From assembly GCA_051362555.1 (NCBI GenBank), contig CM120649.1, positions 5,146,001-5,210,000 of the forward strand: DNA of 64,000 nucleotides, written 5' to 3'. Below, piece by piece: positions 53,411 through 64,000 of this stretch (positions are counted from its first letter, which is position 1; the number at the start of each line of letters is the position of its first letter). The notes under the pieces were generated by a model. That model was not told the origin of the DNA. It saw only the letters and a list, made by a program, of their open reading frames with translations, and did not search any database. The stretch comes from Lingula anatina. Its lineage: Eukaryota; Animalia; Brachiopoda. The translations under genes and the position numbers were made by a program.

Positions 53411-53880
53411 TTAATGCACCCCATTTCCATAGATTAGATCGACCTACTTTAGATCGACCTAACTCCCTGGGGGTTCACGCTAAATAGCTGTCAGCCGGGC
53501 GGACACGAAAGTTAATTACCCTCTTACAGCTTGTAGTAGGCGGGACGGACATTTAAGTCGGATTATCTGAAAGTAATCTAGTGAGACTCCCCGCGGGGAT
53601 AGATCGATCTAAAATCTATGGGAATAGAGCCTTAAACACGGATCAATCACCCCATTTCCATAGATTTTTAGATCGATCTATCCCTGTGGGGAGTCTCACT
53701 AGATTACTGTCAGCTTGGCCGGCTTAAGCGTCTGTCCCGCCTACTAAAAGCTGTAAAGGGGTAATTAACTATGGTGCCCGCTCGGCTGACTGCAATTTAG
53801 CGTGAACCCCCAGGGAGTTAGGTCGATCTAAATCTTAATCTTTAGATCGATCTAAATCTCTGGCTGGGAAAGCACCCTTA
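53411..53880. mobile_element. Two copies of a ~225-bp MITE in inverted orientation (53411-53635 and about 53645-53880)
   Basis: Each copy has CCCCATTTCCATAGATT..TAGATCGA-type terminal inverted repeats and TTAA/TAA flanks. Internal blocks (CCTAACTCCCTGGGGGTTCACGCTAAAT, GTAATCTAGTGAGACTCCCC) recur as reverse complements in the second copy. Confidence 0.85.
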
Positions 53881-56403
53881 AGCGCACTTTATTCATTGTT
53901 TTTGTATAAGGTTCAGTTTTTGGAATATTTAACACGTCTCTTTCATTAACATCGTTTTAATTTCAATATCACCTTTCTTATCGCATTGTTTTCAGTGTCA
54001 GGACTCAGTGACCGAACACACAAAACGTCATTGGAAACATTAGCTTCAATCATCACACTCAACCGTGCCACGAGTGTCCATTGTAACACTGAGTAGTCAG
54101 ATCTAAACGTGTTAGCGGATAATTGAGAGACGGCGAACAAACGGGAATGGACGAGATTAATGAAATTTGCGAGACTTTAATTTCATCAGCTCTCCCCGGC
54201 GGAGTCATTATATCAGTGCATGTCCATTAATACCTGGTCTGGTCCGATATGTCTTCCTCGCAGAGCTGAGATATACATCTAATTTAACTAGATTCTAAGT
54301 TAATTGTGACAAAAAACATTTACTGTTGCACTGGGAGATTCACGAGTTTGCTAAGGGGACGGGTGGGGAGGCAAGCCAGTATAGAAAAGGCCTCCTTTTA
54401 CTAGACGATTATGAACTAGCAGGCAAGGACAGTTTTGCTATAGTACAAATGGCACATTGGGAGGATAAATTGTTTGGTTTTTGTCTCATTTCTCCCCTTA
54501 AACCGTTTTAGGGGAAGGAGTAGAAAGTGGTAAGGGGAAGCTCAGCAGCTAAGGGAAGGTCACGTGACCATTGTGCCCGCCCATTGGAGATAAAAAACAT
54601 TCGTTATTTTTAGTTTTTCAAAATTAAACACATATGTCATTGTAGGTATTTTTGAAAAATATGGTTTTATACTTCTCTGAGCACACGCACTGGTATTACA
54701 ATGAAGTTGTGCAGTAGCTGTATTTTCCAAAGAGAACGGACAGTACAAAAATTATTTGGTTTTGGTTATACATGCAGACTATGAGCTTTCACTTCATATT
54801 TTCCATTCCAGGTTCATTGTAACCCATATTATGTACTACTAGATCTATAATATTTTTTTTTGAAAAACGCAGCTTTCCCATTCCCATAGACTTGAAGCAC
54901 ATGTTCAGTTACGAAGTGTAACAATCGATGTAGCCCCAGCGCTTATCACACCACCCTTTTTGGAACACTACCAAACACATATGTGTTTATATTCAAGCTA
55001 ATGCACCGCGACAAAAAATGGGCTGGGAATTAAAAGAAAAGCAATAAGATCAACATCGGGAACACCTTTAAACCCAATGCCCCCCGGCATGATTTGTTGT
55101 TGTAGTGACGATAGTATATCCCAGTTGTATGCATGTTATGCTGCGTTGTGACAATTAAAAACCGTTCAAATCACTGGTAAAACGAAGAGGACACAATTAT
55201 TGGACATTTTTGGGGGGGAAGAGCTCGATATGTTTTGATTTGAATATTTTGTTTGTTTGTTTACATACACTTTTGCCTTGTATTGTCATGAGGGTGTTTT
55301 ACAGAATAAACCTAAACTATGTACGAGGTTAGTAAACATGTATGCAAAAAATATGCGAAGAGAAAAAATAGACTTAAAATGGTTCTAGTTACATGTACCG
55401 TATTTTGTGTCTTAATATATAAACAGTGAAAGATGTCTATTCGTGGACTTGAAAAACATTTTGAAGGAAAAAAATCTATAAATTATCTCTGAATATGCCT
55501 ATATTGATATTGTATATATTTTGTTACTAATGTGATACTGATTTTATTTTCATGTCATCTAGTTATGACAGTAATCATTTACGTTCAAAGCTTAATATAG
55601 CATCCTTGTCGTCAGTTTATTGACATGCTGTATTATTATTATTATTTATTGCTATTATTTTTGATCTACAGCGCGAATCCTTTCAAATGGAAAAAAACAG
55701 TTACAGATTGGAAAATCGTCACAAAACAATGTGTTTGCAATAACCAAGTTTTACAACGAGCTACACGTGTTATCTGGGCACTTTCTTTAGAGAGGGGGCG
55801 TTTTCTTCTCATCTTTTGTCGTGTTGTTGATGTTTTTGACTGATGATCCGTGGTGTTTGAATAAGTCCCCCACCTGGACCGCCGGCGTACGTGCCACAGC
55901 TGCTGATGTTAAACAGAACCCGCTCTTCTCCAAATTGTACGTGCTAAAAATATGATTTTTTTTTTCTGAGCATCAAAGAACACTTTTCGTCGATATATTG
56001 TGCAGGAATGATGTCAAAATGTAGTTCGATGTGTAAAAGACAAGAGGAAGGAAGCTCTATGCTGAATATTAATGTTGACTTAAACCGTTAAAAGTGTAAA
56101 TCAGTCAAGTTCACTTTGATGTTGAAAGTTCAGCTGAGTTGAATCCTGCCATGTTGAAAAGAAGCATTTACTTTGAGATTCGTTTTGTTTTGTGTTATTT
56201 TATAGTGTTACTTTATACGTTTATAGTTGTTTCTTGGGTAAACCACTAGACTATGAGAGAATTATTGCTCTCTTTCATCATTTCTTTATGTATTTTATGT
56301 GACATTACTAAAACATTTCGTATAGAATGGAATCCATCGGAAGAAGTTACTACAGGGAGACGCCGCGAATCTCGATAAATCGTACGTTTTGTGGCACTTT
56401 TCC

Positions 56404-56440
<37 letters not shown>

Positions 56441-58472
56441 AGGTACATACAATTAAGGGGACAATCGCACACAGACTTTATCCGGGCACCCTAATTTTAT
56501 CATCGTAAAATTATAACGGAGTCGTGGTCGTACTAAATCAACTCCCCACGGTGGTTCAGCTTCTGTAAGAGCAAATGCCGGTCAATTAACCAATTTAATA
56601 GGCACCATTCGGAGCGAATGGGTTACAGTTTTTACATAATCATTACCTCTAAACGATATCAAGGGTTTATTTTCCATCAAAACAGTACCGAAAGTCAAGT
56701 CTAAACACTTTTCTTTTTGGCCATTGTGCGCAGCCCGGGTTGTTTTGATACTAATAGAAGCGCAGTGTATGGGGGAGGTTATATTACTGAAGGTAAACAC
56801 CATATAATCATATCAACATAGCATCAAAACAAATAAAAGCATATTATATTCAATTCGTTTTCTGAACCCGCTTTGTGGTGGACTGATTCCTTTATGGTGG
56901 CTTTTCACAACGGCTTTAACCCCGCGGTGTTTTGAGATATTTTTTTAATACGTCGCAGGGTAGCAATAGGGGTTTGATTCTGAGGACGGCGGCGTTTGAA
57001 ACAGACAGATAGCACGGTTGATAGAAAAACGGCAGAGTTCAACAAAATGTTCCTTTCACGCGTTTATTTTTACTTTAAAATGAGTTGAATCCGGTCGCGG
57101 GAGGTCGAATAACTTTGGTGAACTCTGTACCCATGATAGTAATAGAAATAAACATACCTGGCGTAAGTAAAAAGCTAGGGAACATGCGTATTGTTTCGTC
57201 TTGCCGTTTAGTCGCTTCGGGCCCACAGGAAATACTTACATTAAAAAGTGTCGGGCAAATAGTTTTTAGGCTTAAGTTTGACGGAAAAAAGTAATGCTAG
57301 AAGCTACCGTTGGATTTAATTAAAATATGTTATTGCTGTCCCGTTAAAGAGTTCTTGATAATCAGAAAAAAATAAGGGAGTCGATGACTACTTCAATTTA
57401 AAGACGAACCTCGAGGGGTTTTAACTAATGAACCTTTATAACAAACACACACACACACACTATTTTCTTAAAGTTGTGTAAGTTTTCCATCTGCCTGCTA
57501 TTGCTACGCAGTGTTGTGGGTATTTTTCAATTACAAATTAAGCCAAATCTTCATCTCCCACCTTCTCTTCTTCTTTCTTTCGTACTTACATTTTTTCTTT
57601 CTGTTTAATTTATTAATGAAATCAGCGTTATACGTGTTCATATTTCCCAAGCCTAGAAAGTTCCACCACGAAAATTATACACCTGAGTGCGACTAAATGT
57701 GATTTTGAAATTGCATAAGGACTACTATGGGAAACGCTGGGCAGTTTAGGAAGATGAGATCACTACTCCGAGGCTTAGATAACTCCTTCGGGAGAAGGGA
57801 AAAACCACGGCGGAAAGCTGTAAGAATGAAATTATTTTCGATGAACTCTGAGCACGAAATAGTAACGAAATAGTAACTCAAGTGAAAAGTAAGCCAAGGA
57901 TGGTAGTAAAACCTGTACCTTAGTTTCAAGGACATGAGAAGAATGGCATCAAATTTATAAAACAGTCGAAAGAACCTAGCTATAAAATGAACACTGTATG
58001 CCGGTAGCTAGGAGAAGCATATTTTACTATGTCATATCTAATCAGGTCTTGCCTACACTTCGTTAATTTAACACTTGGTACTTAAAGGGCCGGTCTTGCC
58101 TGCACTTCATTACTAAATCACCTCGTATTTATAGCGCCAGATTGCGTAAAATTAGCGGCCCTTCTTTAGAAACACGATGAAGTTAAAACCTATTTTGGAT
58201 TGTGTTAATTTCATCAATTATTCATGTTCGTTCATGGTGAAAGCGAGCAGGTTACGCAAGAACACAAGGGGTTACGCTATCAGAGGCGCCCGAGGTGGTC
58301 GCGCGACTTCACTCTCTCACCTTTCAAGCCACAAGGTATTGATCTACTTAAGAATGTAATCAAGAACTAATGATTAATTAGAACGGGGCTTCACGCCATT
58401 GTTTAGCACGTAATGTTGTACGATCCGACGTGATTCAAAAGGATTAGTTCAAAAGTAATTGCGCACACAAAC

Positions 58473-58720
58473 AAGTTGAGACCGAAAGTTTGGTCTAAAC
58501 CTTAAGACCAAATATTTAGTCTAATTTCATCTAAGCCATATTCGTACAGGATTTGTCCGTCAAAGCAAAATAATCATTGCTTTTTAAACATCTACCATTT
58601 CGTACTAATTAGGGAACAGGAACATTATTCCACTGAAGTGGAATATTACTGATTCATCCTAGGTCTAAGCTGACTGAACAATTTGGTCTTTAAGTTAAGA
58701 TCGACTTTCGATCTAAGATC
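58473..58720. mobile_element. Degenerate MITE with long imperfect inverted arms
   Basis: GAGACCGAAAGTTTGGTCTAAACCTTAAGACCAAATATTTAGTC is an imperfect reverse complement of GACTGAACAATTTGGTCTTTAAGTTAAGATCGACTTTCGATCTAA. Confidence 0.6.
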
Positions 58721-59709
58721 TCTTTGTGAGGCCCCACGTTAAGATCACCCACAGCAATGTATATAAAAAAACTATTTAGCGTGGGTTTGATCATCCTTGG
58801 TCAACATGACTTTGCGGCCAATTTTCCGACGCCTGGAGTACATATGTAGCTACCTATGAATAACACAACACAACGAAACACGCCAAATAACAATGTACCG
58901 ACCAATGCACATCGGGGTTTTCATTGTGGAATATCAATTTTTGACCGATTTCGAGATAACATCGTTAAAGATCATTAATAAAGAATCACTGCAGAGCTTT
59001 GAGTAACATGTCGCGTTTTCCTGTAAGTATGGGATCAAAGTCCTCGATTATTTTCCCCAGTTCCTGAAATCTATCTGTCTGTCTTTGTATTTATCTGGTA
59101 CTTCGGTAGTATCTACTAGCATGTTTACATAACATTCTGATTTGGTTTTTACGTGCCTATTTGCTTTTCTCATTAACATGTACGTTGGCTATGTCCACAT
59201 TAAAACCCTCACTCGTCTGTGCGCCGCTGTCGTGATTTAATTTAAATGCATGTATATTATAACACACACACACACACACACACACCGCACATACTATTGA
59301 AAATCAAACATAGCCTTGGACTACTTTGGGCAATAAAAAAGGTATAACAAAAGTATGTATAAAATACGGCCAGTGTATTATCGATCATGCAATCTCATTA
59401 ACCTAGCACAAGAAATCCTGTGTCAATTCGTAAATCGATAGAAAAACAATCGTCTGCTGCATCACGTGGTTTCGGCCAGGGCGGAGAGGACCTCGGCTTA
59501 CAGGTGATGGGTTATTAGCGTGTGGTGACCGGCGAGTGCCCCACCCGGGATTGGCCGTGGAGCCTGGGGGGTTACTGGGGTCAGACCAGGGTCCAGGTTT
59601 AGGTCAAGTTGGTCAACGGACCGCTATGTTACTGGGACATGTACGTGCTTAGCACGTGGAGGCGGGTGTTTGAAGTGCACTAGCCAACAACGGCCATCCT
59701 CCGCCTTAC

Positions 59710-59741
59710 CTTCCTTCTCGGCCTCTCATCCAGTCCCAGGT
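59710..59741 (-). other. Candidate 32-nt neuroligin microexon at the splice-site-A position
   Basis: aaacttgtgtag|ACCTGGGACTGGATGAGAGGCCGAGAAGGAAG|gtaagg; strong AAG|GTAAG donor, purine-rich body, and an upstream (UG)n tract at 59786-59826. In phase 1 it encodes xLGLDERPRRK. Confidence 0.5.
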
Positions 59742-59789
59742 CTACACAAGTTTACATCCGTAAATCATTTGGATTGGACAAATACCACA

Positions 59790-59829
<40 letters not shown>

Positions 59830-62800
59830 CTCGCCCTACACACTCAAACACACAGGCACGCGCGCACGCTCGTGGACAAACACCAATCAAGCATACTTAC
59901 GCACAGCATACGAAACAATCCCAAGCTTGGACATGCACATCTTAACATACATGGTACAGACACAGAATCAAACGCATTCACAAAACATCCTATATAACCA
60001 AAAACATCCATGATGAAGCTGCAAATCGTAAACATTTCCACATCTTCATATTTTCATTTGATAACCACTGTTACCATCCGTCAAAAGCATAACCACAATG
60101 TATATCATTATTGCTTTTTTATTTCGATTAGATCGCCTTGTTCTCCAGACTCCCAGGGGAGCGACGGATGCCTGTTCTGGTTCGGATTCCAACTGCTTTG
60201 AAGAAGCTGTTTTAGGGTTGCTACAAGATGGTGCGAGCCAGGTTTTTTTTATTATTTATTTTATGATTCGACTGCTGGAATTCGACTACATAAAGTCGAC
60301 CTTCTGATGATGGTTTTAGTTATGCATGCGCAGTATTGGCTCACAGCAAAATTTAGTTGACAGACTAAAATGGTCTGTTGTCACCACTGAAATTAAAGAT
60401 CGTTGTCAGTCAAGACGATCACTTTTGTCTCCAGGGCCTTAGTTAAAAGACAAAAAATAATTAGGTAAGGATAAATGATGATAAAAAATAAAGGAGGCAA
60501 GCGGCCTTGAGACTCTTTGAGATGGAACTCAGTTGGCCGAAATTCACAGAAGTCTGTGCTAAGACACATTTAAGACCCTTTTTAAAACGTCCCATAGACA
60601 ATCATTTTCCCCAAATATTAAAGTCACTGGAAGCCTATCGATATTTCTTTAAATTGATGCATATTTCCGCTTATTTCTATCCAGGCATTGTGGTCATAGT
60701 AATCTAGTTTTTCTGAGGCAAACCTCACATCTTTGTGGTCTCGCGAGATCGCCCTCTCTTTAAGCCATCTCGAGACGAGCACTTCTTGCTAGTGTGCGCT
60801 CGCCATTGAATAGTCAAGCATTAATTATAGATCTATCATTGTGGCAATGCCGACCAAACGGTTTTGCCTCGCGGATTAAAGAGTCACCGACTTAAACACC
60901 AACTTTCCTCTGAATAATTACGTCCCAGGACGTCGGTACCTTTCACCATTATACACTGAGGCACTTGTCTGATTTTTTTAGGTACGATGATTAAGTCATT
61001 ATCTAATAAAATAATGAAGACGCTCAGGTCTGGTCCACCTGTCGTCCCGTCACACGATAGCTTTCAACTCCCTTGACGACATGAGTAACGCTTGGGATAG
61101 TATTAGTGGTAGCTTAATTGAAAATTGTCATCGCTTTTTTTTTGTCTTGATGACAACAGATGCAACGTGTACAAATAATATGTCTGTTTCAGTAATTCAA
61201 GTCTCTGGCACATGTTACATTTACAGATTCATTCTGATATTGTTTCTGCTAGTCAGTATGTAATTTACAAACTACACACAAGATTACCATCCAACGAGAG
61301 ACGGAGAGAGAAAGAGAGAGAGATTCTGAACGATTAATTTTCTTTGACACACCTGCATATAAATATGGCCTTTAAGAATTAAAACATATTTTTCCGTCTA
61401 TTTTCAATTACATTTGAATGTTTTATCAATCAGATGTATATTTTTTTCAGCTTTAAAGCACTCACTCAGTTCAGTATCACTCAACTCACTAAAATCTCCG
61501 TGTTGAATTTGTTAAAGCGTGACAAAACTGTCATCCGATATCTTAACCCAACACATTGTCTGCTTGTACCTCATTGTCGGAACATTTCAGCTTGAGATGC
61601 CAAACACAGGGAAATCCAGCAAGTATTCATTACTACCGAAACATGCCATGTTCTGGCTTGTTAAATGAACCCTTTAGCTGGCTCAGTGAAACGTGACTCC
61701 TTGAAATACACTACAGGCTTTATGAAATTTCTGCGTCATTTTTTCCTGCTTGTGGTCCCAAAAAATGTTTTTGCTTTTGTCGCTTTGAGAAATGGACCTG
61801 ATTTGAATATTTTACCGTCCATATGTTTGTGTTTTGTAACATGAAACCTGTTATTAATCTTTATTTTCAAAGTTAACATGGCAGTCAGTTCATTCAGAAA
61901 TGCTAGAAGAGTTGGAGTGAAAAACCTGACACAGCGAATGTTTTGCGGATGCTCAACAACAGAGGCCCTAGTACATATTTTCTATCAGTTTTTCATGTTT
62001 GCTTTTGGTTCATGATCTAAATCAAGTTTTCCAACTGTTTGTATTAAACTATTTTAAGTAACAATAATGCTATTTGGGGTAAACTATCGGCATGACTGTA
62101 ATGCTACTGCGTCTTCGATCACTCAAGATTATGGCATTTTAACGCGTTTCAATTTCAAGTTCACATCCTGAACAAGGTGTCATAACTAACGTTGTAATAA
62201 TACTTGTAAAACCATAATCTTAACATTATGAACCTAGCGCAAAGAAGCATATTTATCTGCCAAAATATCGTATTCAAGTGAAGGGGCATTTGTCAATCCT
62301 CGATACCACCTTGTGGAACATTGGAACCCTCTTGGAAACAATGGTAAACCAGCTGTACATTTTTCTGATAGCCAAACAACGGGCGTGTCAATATTTACAG
62401 TGTGAGACCATACATCGGGGTTTGTTTGCACTTGGGTATGAGCTTTCTCGCCGAAAACGCCGCTGCAATACTGCAGGTATGTGTTACACGCGGGCCCCCC
62501 ATTGTCAACGCGATTCATCGCCGCGTTCGATTTTTAATCGCAAGTTAAGCAGCTAATTCCTTTGTCACCCCGTTGTGATCGCCTACTATTTGCTAAACGA
62601 CACCAAAGAGGTCGGTTACAAATAAAACACGCCTGCTCGCCTTTGCTTCAATTTTCAAACATCCAATATCTTGATTCTCAAATGACCTGCCTTCTTTCAA
62701 ACTCCTGCCTAAGCTTAATTGGCTGTGCCTAATGCGACCTCCTCCTAACGAACTCAATAGAACACCTGCGTCGCGTTCCCAAATCACCGTTTTCTGACCA

Positions 62801-64000
62801 AGAGTTTTTTTATTTAAGCAGCTAACTCTGGGCAAATTTCCTATATAAAAACTCACGTTCACTGAGACCCCTTTGCGTCGTGTAGTATGACCCTCGGTTT
62901 GAAGTCATATACGGCTATAAAAGGGGTCAAGTTGATGGTTATTCTATGAGTTAGGGTCACGGTGTTTGTCCACAGACCGTATTGAAAATACTTCGGCGTA
63001 CTCTTTCATTATTCTGTTCATCGCTTACGATTTGTAGTATGCCAGAGTTATAGAAAATGCCAGGTTAGTGAGAGATGTGGAAATTTATCAGTGGCTTCAT
63101 TCTTCAGAATCCGTAATAAGCACCGACGGACGTAACACATAGTGAAATGTTAAAGAAGCTTTCACAAAATTCAGTCATAATTAAGAGTTCCAATATAATA
63201 TATTCATAGTGGTACACTATATCTTTACTTTCCTCTTTTCTATCACCTTACTTTGATTTACAGCTTTAAATGTAATATTTTCTGATATAGGTTTCTAGCT
63301 GAGTTATAAACGAGCTCATTGTTTTTCCAACAATACTCCAGTACGATATTGCCTTCAGGACGGCCAAGAAAATGTCCGTCTATTATCTCGTCTATCTTCT
63401 TTTATTCAATCCCGGAAATTGGAAAATTTTATCTTGCGTCATTGTTGTATTGTTTCAAACCATTATTCCGCCGACAATCTAAGAAATCATTATTCCATAT
63501 CTGGTTTGATTATTAATAGAAAAATGAAATAAAAACATATGGCACCGCATGTTATTTTGCAGCGGGAAACCGTGAACCTTTGTAAACGTGCGCAAGGCTG
63601 ATAAGAAACGGTTTGAAAGTGCGTTTGTCGGGGGAGATATTATTCCAGATGAGATTTTGTCTCTCCTTCTCAGATAATGCACCATTTAAAAAGATTTCAA
63701 GCGTTAAAGCGGTGTAAATCTGAATGTTTGTCTCAGGTTCAACTGCATCTTGGAGGAATCGATCTGCGTCATTTTCACATGAGTAAAGCCGCACTAGGCG
63801 ATTCCCCATTAAAGCTACGTAGAATTGCCATAGCATGAGTTTGCACTGACAGCGCACGGCTATTAAAACCGTGGTAAACGGATAATTCCGTCTAATGTAG
63901 TAAGTGAGGCGTCTCCCAGAAGGACGCTCGCGATCGTTCCCAGAAATGACCCGAGATACGCAGATTAAGTGCTCCAGGAGACGGAGCGCGGGTTTGGCTG

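Noticed and set aside
60000-64000. Short ORFs as neuroligin 5' exons or a nested gene
   Set aside because: No signal peptide, FLGVPYA or EDCLYLN motifs and no coherent splice pattern; the first coding exons must lie beyond the window.

Overview
AT-rich, intron-rich animal genomic DNA; the repeat families suggest a marine invertebrate, probably a mollusc (inference). Five protein-coding genes were reconstructed by hand from GT-AG splice sites with consistent reading frame: the 5' part of POLR2A/RPB1 (- strand, runs off the left edge), a KLHDC10-like kelch protein (+, head-to-head with POLR2A), PDCD10/CCM3 (+), AGFG1/2 (ArfGAP with FG/NPF repeats, -) and the 3' part of a neuroligin (-, 5' exons off the right edge). 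Introns carry a 3.3-kb Helentron-type non-autonomous element, a V-SINE-like element, a CR1 fragment, several MITEs and microsatellites. The most interesting signals are in the neuroligin: (i) four collinear helices (39 bp) pairing two elements 8.2 kb apart, fully paired only on the transcribed strand and overlapping candidate microexons at the splice-site-A position; (ii) tandem mutually exclusive exons after the FAKTG motif; (iii) an in-frame duplicate of the C-terminal PDZ-ligand coding sequence behind three stop codons. All splicing and structure claims are predictions from sequence alone.
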